Notes under the pieces: model-generated
The model's database searches: none
Seen by the model: the letters and a program-made list of their open reading frames with translations, nothing else
Told to the model about the DNA's origin: nothing
IMG/VR virus record: IMGVR_UViG_3300050132_000511
Location: 1 to 52,488 of that record
Strand: one strand, 5' to 3'
DNA: 52,488 nt
DNA from: a virus
Lineage: Duplodnaviria > Caudoviricetes
Made by a program: the position numbers and the translations under genes
Part shown: in pieces, positions 15,795 to 26,015 of the stretch
How positions within the stretch are numbered: position 1 is the stretch's first letter
Layout: each line of letters starts with the position of its first letter

Positions 15795-17483
15795 ATGCGC
15801 CAGCGCGTTCGCGACATCATGGGGCAGGGCGACAAGCGCTTCTCCGACCACGACCTCATTCTGCCGCTCTGGCAGACGCTGGCCGAGAATTTCCATGTCA
15901 TGCGTGCCGACTTCACTCGTGTGCGCTCGCCGTCGGAGGAGTTCGCCTCGTTCCTGATGACGGGCCGGCCGGCGATGGCGTTCCGCGAGCTGCAGAATTC
16001 GCTATCCGGCATGCTGCGGCCGCGCGACCAGCAATGGTTCCATCCGCGCACCCATAGCGAGAAGATCAACAAGGCTCCCGATTCGCGTGGCTGGCTCGAC
16101 TGGGCCGGCGAGGTTCAGCGCAGGATCATGTACGACCCGCGCGCGCAGTTCGTGCGCTCCACCAAAGAAGGTGACGGCGACTTCTGCCTGACCGGTAACG
16201 CCATCATCACCATCGATCCCAACCGCTTCATGGACGGGTTGATCTACCGTTGCTGGCACCCGCGCGACGTCGCCTGGGGCGAGGGCGTCGATCGCTCCAT
16301 CAACCGCGTCGACTTCAAGTGGGATCCGGAAGCCCAGGCGCTGCTGGAGCTGTTCAAGAACAACGAGGGCGAATACGCGCTATCGCCTAAGATCAAGGAA
16401 GCCGCCAACGCCAAGGACAAGCTGCGCAAGATCAAATGCCGGCGCATGCTGATCCCGGCCGACGACTACGACATGCCGAAGGCCAAGCGCGGCGGCCTGG
16501 GCTGGATCTCGGTCTATGTCGACTGCGAGAACGAGACCATTCTCGAGGAGGTCCCGACCCGCACCATGCGGGCGATTATTCCGCGCTGGGTTACGGTCTC
16601 CAACTCCGTGATCGCCTATTCGCCGTCGGCGATCTACGGCCTGCCCGACGCGCGCATGCTGCAGGAGATCACGCTCACCATCCTTGAGGCCGGCCAGAAG
16701 GTGGTCGACCCGCCGATGATCGCAGTCGGCGAGGCCATCAACGGCGCGGTCAACGTCTACGCCGGCGGCATCACCACGGTCGACGCCGACTATGACGAGC
16801 GCGAGGGCGAGGTGCTGCGCCCGATGACGCTGAAGTCGGAAGGTCTGCAGTTCGCGGCCAACCGCGAGGACAAGATCAGCCAGGCGCTCGACGAGGCCTT
16901 CTTCCGCAACCGCATCGGCATGCCGACCATCTCCAAGGAGATGACGGCGACCGAAACGCAGAAGGTCTATGAGGACTTCATCCGCGGCGCGCTGCCGCTG
17001 TTCGAGCCGGTAGAGGTCGAATACAACGCCGCAATCTGCAGCGAGAGCTTCGACGTCTCGCGCGATATGGGCGCGTTCGGCTCGCCCTACGACATGCCAC
17101 AGGCCTTGCGCGGCCAGGAGCTGCGGTTCGAATTCGACTCGCCGCTGCAACAGGCCGCCGAGCGCGCCAAGATCGGCTACTTCCAGCAGAGCGTTCAGAT
17201 CGTCGCCGAGGGCGCCCAGATCGATCCCAACGTCCGCGCCAACTTCGACGTCGACGTCGCGACGCGCGATACGCTCGGCTCGACCGGCGGACCGGCCAAC
17301 TGGTTGCGCAGCGAGGACGACGTCAAGGCGATCAAGGACCAGGCCGCCGCGCAGCAGCAGGCTGCGGCCGCAGCCCAGCAGATGGCCACGGGCGCCGACG
17401 TCGCCACCAAGTTCGCGGGCGCCGGCGAGAGCGCCGGACGCGCGGCGCAGATGATGAAACAGGCCGGGATGCTCCAGCAGTGA
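15795..17483 (+). CDS. Portal / head-to-tail connector (T7 gp8/BPP-1 type)
   Basis: 562 aa; IPRW...YSP, GQKVVDPP, EMTATE, FDSPLQQA motifs. Confidence 0.92.
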   Translation: MRQRVRDIMGQGDKRFSDHDLILPLWQTLAENFHVMRADFTRVRSPSEEFASFLMTGRPAMAFRELQNSLSGMLRPRDQQWFHPRTHSEKINKAPDSRGWLDWAGEVQRRIMYDPRAQFVRSTKEGDGDFCLTGNAIITIDPNRFMDGLIYRCWHPRDVAWGEGVDRSINRVDFKWDPEAQALLELFKNNEGEYALSPKIKEAANAKDKLRKIKCRRMLIPADDYDMPKAKRGGLGWISVYVDCENETILEEVPTRTMRAIIPRWVTVSNSVIAYSPSAIYGLPDARMLQEITLTILEAGQKVVDPPMIAVGEAINGAVNVYAGGITTVDADYDEREGEVLRPMTLKSEGLQFAANREDKISQALDEAFFRNRIGMPTISKEMTATETQKVYEDFIRGALPLFEPVEVEYNAAICSESFDVSRDMGAFGSPYDMPQALRGQELRFEFDSPLQQAAERAKIGYFQQSVQIVAEGAQIDPNVRANFDVDVATRDTLGSTGGPANWLRSEDDVKAIKDQAAAQQQAAAAAQQMATGADVATKFAGAGESAGRAAQMMKQAGMLQQ

Positions 17484-17845
17484 GCAAGCCAGGCCGACCG
17501 AAATTACCGTGGGACGAAGTCCCGCTGTCGAATACCGAACTCGCCTCGATCAAGGCCGTTCATGACGGCGTCGCCAATCCGGACCAGCAGCGTATCGCCT
17601 TCCGCACCATCGTCGACAAGCTCTGCAATGTTCGTGGTCTTTCCTTCGCCGCCGGCGGCGAGGAGGGCAGGCGGGCCACCGATTTCTCGGAAGGCAAGCG
17701 CTGGGTCGGCGCGACCCTGCAGAACCAGATCGTCAACCGGCCCTGGCCGGTCAATCCGCGCGGCGCTCCGCCGCCGATGCCGGACGAGCCGGCCGAGACC
17801 GCAGCCGCGGCGGTACCAGAATCCTCCCAGCAAGGTGAAACATGA
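17480..17845 (+). CDS. Bbp19-like protein
   Basis: TDFSEGKRWVG motif right after the portal. Confidence 0.7.
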   Translation: MSKPGRPKLPWDEVPLSNTELASIKAVHDGVANPDQQRIAFRTIVDKLCNVRGLSFAAGGEEGRRATDFSEGKRWVGATLQNQIVNRPWPVNPRGAPPPMPDEPAETAAAAVPESSQQGET

Positions 17846-18864
17846 CCGATATCCCGACGCCCGCGCCTGCACCCGCTCCCAGCCCGGCTCCGGCGCCGGC
17901 CCCAGCGCCTGCACCCGCGTCGGCACCTTCTCCCGGCCCGACGCCGGCACCGAGTCCCACGCCCGCGCCAAGCCCGGCGCCGGCACCTTCACCGGCTCCT
18001 GCTCCTGCTCCCGGGCCGGCTCCGACACCGGCGCCAACTCCAGCTCCTGCGCCTCAGCCCGGCGTCTGGCCGGAAAACTGGCGCCAGCAGATCGCCGGCG
18101 ACGACAAGAGCCGGCTGACCCAGCTGGAGCGCTTCGCGGATCCTGCCGCAATCTTCAAGCAGAACCTCGAGCTGCAGGCGAAGCTCTCGTCCGGTCAGGT
18201 CCGCACGGCGCTGCCGGAGAACGCCACCGAGGAGCAGAAGACCGCCTGGCGCAAGGAGAACAACCTTCCGGAGAACACGGATGGTTACGTGGCCAAGGTC
18301 GCGTTGCCTAACGGCCAGGTCTTCGGCGAGGCCGACAAGCCGATCATCGCGACCCTCTCGGCCGTAGCGCTCGAGAACAACATCCCGCCTGATGCCTTCA
18401 ACGGCGTGATCGGCAAATACTTCGAGCTGCAGGACCAGGTCCGCCAGCAGCGCGCGGTCGCCGACGGCCAGTTCCACGACAATGCGGTGAGCGCGTTGAC
18501 GCAGGAATGGGGTGATGCGGACTACAAGCGCAACACCACGATGATAGGCAACCTCCTGACGTCGACGTTCCCGGCCGGCTTCGTGCCGCTGCTGAGCGAG
18601 GCCCGGCTGAAGGACGGCACGCTGCTCGCCGACCATCCGGTCTATCTCAAGGGTCTGGCGGACCAGGCCCGGAAGATCGTGCCGATCACGACGCAGGTCC
18701 TGTCGAACACGACGCAGGCCGCCGCGATCAATACGCGCGTTGGCGAGATCGAGAAGCTGATGGGCGATCGGACGTCCACCTACTGGCGCGGCCCGCAGGC
18801 TGCAGCGATGCAGCAGGAATATCGCGAGCTCGTCGCCGCACGTCCCGGCCCGCAGGGCCGTTAA
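17842..18864 (+). CDS. Capsid scaffolding protein
   Basis: Position before the capsid gene; LTQEWG..Y; Pro-Ala low-complexity N-terminus. Confidence 0.75.
   Translation: MTDIPTPAPAPAPSPAPAPAPAPAPASAPSPGPTPAPSPTPAPSPAPAPSPAPAPAPGPAPTPAPTPAPAPQPGVWPENWRQQIAGDDKSRLTQLERFADPAAIFKQNLELQAKLSSGQVRTALPENATEEQKTAWRKENNLPENTDGYVAKVALPNGQVFGEADKPIIATLSAVALENNIPPDAFNGVIGKYFELQDQVRQQRAVADGQFHDNAVSALTQEWGDADYKRNTTMIGNLLTSTFPAGFVPLLSEARLKDGTLLADHPVYLKGLADQARKIVPITTQVLSNTTQAAAINTRVGEIEKLMGDRTSTYWRGPQAAAMQQEYRELVAARPGPQGR
17854..18060 (+). repeat. Low-complexity (P-A/S/T/G)n coding repeat
   Basis: PTPAPAPAPSPAPAP... for about 70 residues. Confidence 0.9.
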
Positions 18865-19157
18865 CTTCGAAGTCCGCGCTGGGGCGAAGCTCCAGGCAAA
18901 TGATCAGCGGCTCGCCGCTGGCCTTACAATAGTGCGAGGCCGCAGGCCTGCAGCACCGCGGCATAACACTTTCTCGCTGCGCCTTCCGACAACCCGCCTC
19001 AGGCGGTCCGGTTCGGCAGCGGAATTCACCCGCATCCGAAAAGCCCCGATCGATTGCGTAACAGCCCCGTGCGTTCAGCGCGCGGACAACCTTGCGCGCT
19101 CTGCGAACGGACAACCCCGAAGGAGGCACTCGCAATGCTCAATCATGGAGCACCTCA

Positions 19158-19997
19158 GTGTCCGACAATGCATTCCAGGTCCAATACCGCCAGGAAGCGG
19201 TCATGGGCTTCGAGCAGGGTATGTCCCTGCTTGGCAGCGCCGTAACCTCCGAAGCTGAATACAAGGGCAACCAGGCCACCTTCCTTGTAGCCGACTCCGG
19301 CGGCGCGGTCGCCCGCACCCGCGGCTTGAACGGTCTCATCCCGTCTCGCTCGGACGACCTCAACCAGTTCACCGCAACGCTCGTGGAAAACCACGACCTG
19401 GTGCGGCGTACTTCGTTCAACATCTTCGCCAGCCAGGGCGATGGCCGACGCATCATGCAGGACACGTCCCGCAAGGTGATCAACCGCGCCATCGACCAGG
19501 ACATCCTGGGCCAGCTCGCCACCGCGACGCTGACCACGGGTGCCGGCGTCACCGCCTCGCTGGCGCTGGTGACCAAGGCCGAAACTATCCTGGGCAACAA
19601 CCAGGTCGACATGGAAGAAGAGGACAACCTCTTTTTCGTGGCCTCGCCGGCCTTCCGCGCCTATCTGCGGCAGATCCCGGAATGGACCAAGGGCGGCTAC
19701 GTTGAGGTGAAGAACCTCGCCGGCGCGATCCGCACCTACTATCGGCAATGGGGCTTCAACTGGATCTTCCACCCGAAGATCTCCGGTGCCGGCACCAATA
19801 CCGAACTCTGCTTCGCGTTTCACCGGGCGTCCATCGGACACGCGGCGAACTCCGGCGGCATGCAAGCCCTCGCCGGATATCACGAGGAGCAGGATTACTC
19901 CTGGGCACGCACCACCATCTTCATGGGCTCGAAAGTCCTGCAGAACAGCGGCATCGTCGTTGTGAAGCATGACGGCTCGGCCTACGTCAGCTCGTAA
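19158..19997 (+). CDS. Major capsid protein
   Basis: GGAG RBS + GTG; FQVQYRQE...INRAIDQDIL...GSKVLQNSGIV; position after scaffold. Confidence 0.85.
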   Translation: MSDNAFQVQYRQEAVMGFEQGMSLLGSAVTSEAEYKGNQATFLVADSGGAVARTRGLNGLIPSRSDDLNQFTATLVENHDLVRRTSFNIFASQGDGRRIMQDTSRKVINRAIDQDILGQLATATLTTGAGVTASLALVTKAETILGNNQVDMEEEDNLFFVASPAFRAYLRQIPEWTKGGYVEVKNLAGAIRTYYRQWGFNWIFHPKISGAGTNTELCFAFHRASIGHAANSGGMQALAGYHEEQDYSWARTTIFMGSKVLQNSGIVVVKHDGSAYVSS

Positions 19998-20082
19998 CTT
20001 CAACGGCTGACGCGATCAACCTGTCGGCCCTGGCGCGAGCTGGGGCCGGCTTCGTTTCAACCCAGAACTGAGGAGAACCAGC

Positions 20083-20349
20083 ATGGCCGGATATGATTCC
20101 ACCAAGCTGAGCCTGGTCACCCAGGACTTCGAGGGCACGGCCGCCAAGGTGTGGAAATACGCCACGGCTGCCGATGCGGACGCGACCATCGTCGGCGCCG
20201 GCTACTTCGCCGACGGCGTCGCCAAGGGCATGGCGGTCGGCGATCTCGTCGACGTCATCGCCACCACGGGACCGAAATACAAGCGGTACCAGGTGGCGTC
20301 GCTCGGCGCGACCGCGGCAACCGTCGCCGCGCCGACCGCGATCACCTAA
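20083..20349 (+). CDS. Putative capsid decoration protein
   Basis: GAGGAG RBS; small, directly after the capsid gene, followed by a terminator. Confidence 0.6.
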   Translation: MAGYDSTKLSLVTQDFEGTAAKVWKYATAADADATIVGAGYFADGVAKGMAVGDLVDVIATTGPKYKRYQVASLGATAATVAAPTAIT

Positions 20350-20376
20350 GAGCGATCGTTTCACGCAACTGAAAGG

Positions 20377-20410
20377 AAGGCCTCGGCTCATGCCGGGGCC
20401 TTTTTCCTTT
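20377..20410 (+). terminator. Intrinsic terminator
   Basis: AAGGCCTCGGC-TCAT-GCCGGGGCCTT + TTTCCTTT. Confidence 0.8.
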
Positions 20411-20430
20411 CTGCAACCAAGGGAAGAACT

Positions 20431-20952
20431 ATGGCCAAGCCAGACGACAAGACGCCGCCCGCGACGCCGCCGGCAGCGAAAGACAAGACCGCTGATGCAG
20501 CTCCGAAGGTGGAAGTGCGCGCCGTCAAGCCACTCATTCTCGCGCGCTGGAGCGAGGCCCAGTTCGTCCAGAACCGCCATGCCGTCCGCCCCGAGGCTTC
20601 GACGGCTTATGAGGACGTGCTGGATCCCGGCTACTTCGCGCACATCGCGCCGAAGCTCAACGCCAACGACATCATCGAGGTGCGCCCGGCCGAGGGCAGC
20701 TATTACGCTGAGCTCTATGTCTGGTCCAAGGGACCGAACTGGGCGCAGGTCTCTGAGCTCAAGCGCATCGAGCGGCCGGCCTCCGGCGTGCTGCCGTCAG
20801 CCAACAAGGCGTTCTCGATCGAGTTCGTCGACGGCCCGGCCGCCCACCGCGTGATCCGCAACAGCGATCGCGGCGTGGTGGCGCAGGGCTTCAACTCGCC
20901 GGAGACGGCGAATGCCTGGCTTTCGGCGAACGTCAAGCAGATCGCGGCATGA
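20431..20952 (+). CDS. Hypothetical protein
   Basis: AAGGGA RBS; ORF. Confidence 0.7.
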   Translation: MAKPDDKTPPATPPAAKDKTADAAPKVEVRAVKPLILARWSEAQFVQNRHAVRPEASTAYEDVLDPGYFAHIAPKLNANDIIEVRPAEGSYYAELYVWSKGPNWAQVSELKRIERPASGVLPSANKAFSIEFVDGPAAHRVIRNSDRGVVAQGFNSPETANAWLSANVKQIAA

Positions 20953-21221
20953 GCGATCTCAACGACAGGCCGGAGCCGTCGAGGGTGAACGACCGCTGCT
21001 GCGATATCCTTGCCAAGGCGCTCGCCGGCGCCAAGAAGGGCGATTACATCGCCGCGGCCGTGATCGCGATCGGCCAGGATGGCAAGCCGTACATCATGTT
21101 CGGCGGCAGCGGGCAGGGCACCATGGCGGCCTATTTCGGCGCCGGCATGCTGCAGGACCAACTGATGGCGCAGACGGCAGCACCGTCGACGCTGCTGCGG
21201 CCGGGACAGCTCGCCTCGTGA
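20949..21221 (+). CDS. Hypothetical protein
   Basis: 4-nt overlaps. Confidence 0.65.
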   Translation: MSDLNDRPEPSRVNDRCCDILAKALAGAKKGDYIAAAVIAIGQDGKPYIMFGGSGQGTMAAYFGAGMLQDQLMAQTAAPSTLLRPGQLAS

Positions 21222-21862
21222 CCGACAAGCTAACGCAATACAACCTCGCGCTGGGTCACCTGCGCGAGCGCCGCGTTGCGTCACTATCGGAGAACCGCGA
21301 GCCGCGGCGCGTGCTCGATTCCTTTTGGGACCAGGTCACCGCCGAGACCCTCGAGGCCGGCTTCTGGAAGTTCATCAAGCGCTCGGTCTCGATCGACGCC
21401 TCCAGCACGGTCGAACCGTCGTTCGGCTATCTCTACGCTTTCGCCATCCCGAACGACTGGATCCGCACCGTGCAGATCTCGGCCGACGAGATGTTCGACA
21501 ACCCGCTGCTGCAGATGAAGGAAGAGGCGGGTTACTGGTACGCCAACATCACGCCGCTCTATGCCAGCTACAATTCCAACGATCCGCTTTACGGCATGGA
21601 TCTCGGCGCGTGGCCTGCCACGTTCGCCAAATACCACGCGCTCGAGCTGGCCTCGCAGACCTGCAGCCGCATCACCGGTTCCGAGACGCTGCTCAACGGC
21701 CCGGAGGGCATCACCTCGCGGCTGAAGAAGGCCAAGAAGGATTCGCTCGGCAAGGACGCCATGAACGATCCGCCCGGCTTTGCCCCGATGGGCACCTGGG
21801 CCAAGTCCCGCCGCGGCTATGTCGGCTGGAACGGGCCCACCGGACGCGGCGGCTTCGGGTGA
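21218..21862 (+). CDS. Tail tubular protein A (T7 gp11-like adaptor)
   Basis: YNLALGHL, WKFIKRSV, FGYLYAFAIPNDWIR. Confidence 0.82.
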   Translation: MTDKLTQYNLALGHLRERRVASLSENREPRRVLDSFWDQVTAETLEAGFWKFIKRSVSIDASSTVEPSFGYLYAFAIPNDWIRTVQISADEMFDNPLLQMKEEAGYWYANITPLYASYNSNDPLYGMDLGAWPATFAKYHALELASQTCSRITGSETLLNGPEGITSRLKKAKKDSLGKDAMNDPPGFAPMGTWAKSRRGYVGWNGPTGRGGFG

Positions 21863-22185
21863 TGTTCAACCGCTTCAATGTCCAGCCATTCGCGCCGCTG
21901 CGCGTGCTTTCCGAGACAGATTCGAACAAGGCCTATGCGGATCGCGAGATGGCGGCCTTCGACAACCTCTCGCCGGAGCTGCGTCAGCGCATTTCCAATT
22001 CCGCCTTCGGCGCTTCGTTGGCTGACCTGGTCGGGGACGTGCGCCGGCGGCAGCCTTCGCGCCGCGCGATTCAGGCGGTCGTAAGCAGCGGTCGGTTGCC
22101 CTGCGACGTCACCGATGAGGAATTCTTGGCTGTCGAAATAGAGCTGCTCGAGGCTGAAGAGCGCCAACGCGTCGGAGTCGCCTGA
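21862..22185 (+). CDS. Hypothetical protein
   Basis: TGATG overlaps at both ends. Confidence 0.55.
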   Translation: MFNRFNVQPFAPLRVLSETDSNKAYADREMAAFDNLSPELRQRISNSAFGASLADLVGDVRRRQPSRRAIQAVVSSGRLPCDVTDEEFLAVEIELLEAEERQRVGVA

Positions 22186-25103
22186 TGGGTCGCACCAATG
22201 CCGCGATGTTCTCGTTCAACCGCGGCGAGGTCAGTAAGCAGGCGCTGGCGCGCGTCGATAACGAGAGGCTACGGCTCGCCGCCGAGTGCCAGCTGAACTG
22301 GCTGCCGCTGGTGGTCGGTCCGATGATGCTGCGGCCCGGCCTGCAACACATCAACGGCGTGCTCGGCGACGCGCCGAACGCCATGGTACCGTTCGTATTC
22401 TCCAAGTTCGACACCGCGCTGATCGAGCTCACCCAAGCCGTCATGCGGGTCGAGATCAACGACGTGCTGCTGACGCGCCCGGCGGTCTCGACCGCGATCG
22501 GCGATCCCACCATGACGGGATCGGGCGCCTGGACCACCGCCAACACGACGGTCGGCAACAGCGTCGGGTTCGGCGGCCATATGGTGTTGCAATGCCCCGT
22601 GATCGGCGGACTGGCGCAGGCGCAGCAACATGTCACCGTGGCGACCGCCGACCAGGGCGTCGAGCACGGTCTGCGCGTTCAGGTCCAGGCCGGCCCGATT
22701 ACGCTGCGGGTCGGGACGACCGCCGGCGCGGTCGATCTGGTGGCGGAAACCTCGCTCGATACCGGTTGGCATTCGCTCTCGTTCACGCCGGGCGCCGGGT
22801 TCTATATCCAGATCGAATCCACTAAAGCCTCGCCGCGCGCGGTCCTCAGCGTCACGATCGATCCCGCCGGCGTGCTCGAGGTTCCGACGCCATGGAACGC
22901 CGCGGCGCTGCCGACCATTCGCTTCGACCAGTCCGGCGACGTCATTTTCTGCGCGGCCTATGGTGTCCAGCAATACAAGATCGAGCGCCGCGGCCCCCGG
23001 CCGTTCGCCCGCAGCTGGTCGGTCGCGGTCTTCGAATCGCAAAACGGGCCGTTCTCGCAACCGCTTATTTCCGACGTCAACCTGAAGCCCGACACCGCGT
23101 TCGGTCAGGCGCTGGTGACGGCCGATCGGCCGGTCTTCTTGCCCGGTCATGTCGGCGCGATGCTCCAGATGTTCATGCTGGGGCAACAGAACGCCTGCCA
23201 GCTCGGTGGCGAGAACGCCTTCGCCAAGCCGGTTCGGGTCACCGGCGTCGGCGATGTCGCCCGCGACTACAACTGGTTCATCAGCGGCACCTATGTCGGC
23301 CAATTGACGCTGCAGCGATCCTACGACGGTGCCGACAGCGGTTTCACCGACGTCGCCACCTCCGTGAGCGGATTTACGGGAAATATCAATTCAGCGACGG
23401 GCACTACCGGGTCCCCGGTGCTTGATAACGTCATCTGCTGGGAGCGGGTCGGCTTCAAGGGCGGCAACTTCACCAGCGGCTTCGCCGCTGTTTCTTCCGG
23501 CAATGCTTCCGGCGGAGGCTATGGCCTGGCGCGAATAGATCAGGTCAATTCGCCGACGCAGGCGCTGGTCGACCTGGTGACACCTCTCTCCAGCGTGGTG
23601 GCCACCAACAACTGGGCGATCGGCGACTGGTCGAGCGCCGGCGGATGGCCGAGCTCAGTGTCGTTCTTCGAGGGGCGGCTCGCCTGGTCCGGCGCGCTGA
23701 CGCTGTGGGACAGCCAGCCGGATGGCTTCACCGGTTATGCGCAACAGGATAGCCAGGGCGCCTCACTCGGCGATGGCGGCGCCATCATCGAAACCTTCGG
23801 CTCCGGCCCGGTTGACAGCGTCAACTGGCTGCTGCCGCTGACGCGGCTGCTCGCCGGCCGCGACACCTCGGTCGAGAGCATCCGGGCGTCATCCTTCGAC
23901 GAGGTGCTGACGCCGACTAATATCTCGACCAAGGCCTGTTCGACCAACGGCGCGGCGCGGCTCAAGCCGCTCAAGATCGACAAGAGTGGCGTCTACGTGT
24001 CCGAGGGCGGCCGGGTCTACCTGGTGCAGTTCACCGCCCAGCAGATGGACTATTCCACCGTGGATCTGACCCGGCTCAACAGCGACATCTATGCCGCGGG
24101 CTTCGTCGATACCGCCGTGCAGCGCCAGCCCGATACCATGTGCTGGCTGCCGCGGGGCGACGGCCAGGCGGCAGCATTGCTATTCGATGCCGATGACGAC
24201 GTGGTGGCGTGGTGGCGGGTGCAGACGCTTGGCGTGATCGAGAATGTCTGCGTGCTGCCGGCGCCGTCCGGGGTCGAGAACTTCGTCTACCTGACCGTGC
24301 GCCGAACCATCAATGGCGTGACACGGCGGTTTCGGGAGAAGTTCGCGCCGCGCGCCAACTGTACCGGTGGCAGCCTCAACCAGCTCTTGGACTGCCATGG
24401 TGTGTACCAGGGCGCGCCAGTCACGACCATGACACTGGCGCACCTGCCCAACACAACGGTCGGGGTGTGGGCGGATGGATCCTACCTCGGCACGGCCACG
24501 ACCAACGGCAGCGGCACGTTCACGATGCCCGACGTTGCCACGGTACCGGCGGGGCACGCCACTGTTGTGGCTGGGCTAGGCGGCGACAATCGCGTCTATA
24601 GCGGCGCCGCCACCAACACGATGACGGTGCCGGCGGCCTATGAAGGCTACCCGGCCGAAGTGTTCGCAGGCTCCCAGCGCATCGGCCCGCTCGTGGTGTC
24701 CGGCGGCAAGATCACGCTGCCGAACGGCCGCACCGAAACCGATCTGCTGGCGTGCTTCGGCTTCTCCGCACCCTACATGTCGGCGAAGCTCGCCTATGCC
24801 GCCCAGGGCGGCAGCGCCATCAACCAGAAAAAGAAGATCGACCATGTCGGCCTTCTGATGTTCGACGCGCACGTCAAGGGCGTCACGGTCGGCCAGCGCA
24901 TGGACGTGCTGGACCCGCTGCCGGGCATGGAGAGCGACGCCGCGGTCGATCCCAACATGCTCTATTCGGAATATGACGAGCCGGCGTTCGAGACGCCTGG
25001 CGAGTGGGATACCGACGCGCGCCTGTGCATGATGGCGATGGCGCCTTATCCGGTTAAGATCGCCGGCGCCGTGATTTCGATAACCACCAACGAGAAGCTG
25101 TGA
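22185..25103 (+). CDS. Tail tubular protein B (T7 gp12-like nozzle)
   Basis: SFNRGEVS, GPMMLRPG, QSGDVIF, WPSSVSFFEGRL motifs; 972 aa. Confidence 0.88.
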   Translation: MGRTNAAMFSFNRGEVSKQALARVDNERLRLAAECQLNWLPLVVGPMMLRPGLQHINGVLGDAPNAMVPFVFSKFDTALIELTQAVMRVEINDVLLTRPAVSTAIGDPTMTGSGAWTTANTTVGNSVGFGGHMVLQCPVIGGLAQAQQHVTVATADQGVEHGLRVQVQAGPITLRVGTTAGAVDLVAETSLDTGWHSLSFTPGAGFYIQIESTKASPRAVLSVTIDPAGVLEVPTPWNAAALPTIRFDQSGDVIFCAAYGVQQYKIERRGPRPFARSWSVAVFESQNGPFSQPLISDVNLKPDTAFGQALVTADRPVFLPGHVGAMLQMFMLGQQNACQLGGENAFAKPVRVTGVGDVARDYNWFISGTYVGQLTLQRSYDGADSGFTDVATSVSGFTGNINSATGTTGSPVLDNVICWERVGFKGGNFTSGFAAVSSGNASGGGYGLARIDQVNSPTQALVDLVTPLSSVVATNNWAIGDWSSAGGWPSSVSFFEGRLAWSGALTLWDSQPDGFTGYAQQDSQGASLGDGGAIIETFGSGPVDSVNWLLPLTRLLAGRDTSVESIRASSFDEVLTPTNISTKACSTNGAARLKPLKIDKSGVYVSEGGRVYLVQFTAQQMDYSTVDLTRLNSDIYAAGFVDTAVQRQPDTMCWLPRGDGQAAALLFDADDDVVAWWRVQTLGVIENVCVLPAPSGVENFVYLTVRRTINGVTRRFREKFAPRANCTGGSLNQLLDCHGVYQGAPVTTMTLAHLPNTTVGVWADGSYLGTATTNGSGTFTMPDVATVPAGHATVVAGLGGDNRVYSGAATNTMTVPAAYEGYPAEVFAGSQRIGPLVVSGGKITLPNGRTETDLLACFGFSAPYMSAKLAYAAQGGSAINQKKKIDHVGLLMFDAHVKGVTVGQRMDVLDPLPGMESDAAVDPNMLYSEYDEPAFETPGEWDTDARLCMMAMAPYPVKIAGAVISITTNEKL

Positions 25104-25468
25104 GGGTCGCGCTCCGCCCGGCCGTTGCTGCGGACCTGCCGCATGTGATCGGCGTGCCGCTGCCGTTCCGGATCCGCGCCATCACGGCCCACATCGGTGA
25201 CCGCGTGCTGGGCGTGGGCGGTCTCGGCTATCTGCCGAACGGAATCGTCGGCGCGTTCATGGCGCTGCATCCGGACTTCCGCAATTACCCGGTCGCGATG
25301 CACCGCGCCGGCATCGCTGGTATGGCGCTGATCCGCGAATCCGGCGAGCCGCGCGTGGTCGCGATCGCCGACGAGCTCGTGGCGCCCGCGCGGCGCTGGC
25401 TCGAGCATTTCGGTTTCAAGGCCGCCACCGTCGACGGCGTCACCGCTTACGTCTGGCAGGCTAGATAG
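25100..25468 (+). CDS. GNAT-like protein (T7 gp13 position)
   Basis: LRPAVAADL...ARRWLEHFGF. Confidence 0.65.
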   Translation: MRVALRPAVAADLPHVIGVPLPFRIRAITAHIGDRVLGVGGLGYLPNGIVGAFMALHPDFRNYPVAMHRAGIAGMALIRESGEPRVVAIADELVAPARRWLEHFGFKAATVDGVTAYVWQAR

Positions 25469-25469
25469 C

Positions 25470-26015
25470 ATGGCCGATCCGGTCACCTTGATGGGCGCCT
25501 CGCTGGCGGTGAGTGCGATCGGCGGCGGCATGAGTGCGGCCGGCACGATCGCCGGCGGCAGCGCGGCCGCGCAGGCCGGCAAGCTGCAGCAGGCGGCGGC
25601 CTATTCGCAAGCCGACCAGCTCACCGAGAACGCCGCCGGCGAGCTCGCGGCGTCCCAGCGCACCATGCTCGACACCCGGGAAAAGACGCAACTGACCCAG
25701 GGCACGCTCGTGGCAAAGGCTGCGGGATCGGGGTTCAACGCCGGTACCGGCTCGATGCTCAACGACGCCGGCCAGATCGGCGCGCGCGGGCAAAACCAGG
25801 CGCTGATGGATGTCTTCAACGGGCAGAACGAAATGACCGGCACGCTCAACAAGGCCAACGCCGTGCGCTTCGGCGGCGACGTCGCAGCCCTCGAGGGGTC
25901 GCAGAAGCAGACCGCCGCGGATCTGTCGGCCGCGGGCACGATCGCCTCGACCGCGGGCAGCATGTTCAAGACTTACGGTGGTGCCGGCGGCAACCCCTAC
26001 ATCGCTTACGGCTGA
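25470..26015 (+). CDS. Internal virion (ejection) protein, gp14-like
   Basis: MADPVTLMGASLAVS Ala/Gly/Gln-rich; position. Confidence 0.75.
   Translation: MADPVTLMGASLAVSAIGGGMSAAGTIAGGSAAAQAGKLQQAAAYSQADQLTENAAGELAASQRTMLDTREKTQLTQGTLVAKAAGSGFNAGTGSMLNDAGQIGARGQNQALMDVFNGQNEMTGTLNKANAVRFGGDVAALEGSQKQTAADLSAAGTIASTAGSMFKTYGGAGGNPYIAYG

Noticed and set aside
17854-18060. CRISPR-like or VNTR array
   Set aside because: Degenerate Pro-Ala coding low complexity; no repeat-spacer structure or cas genes seen in the window
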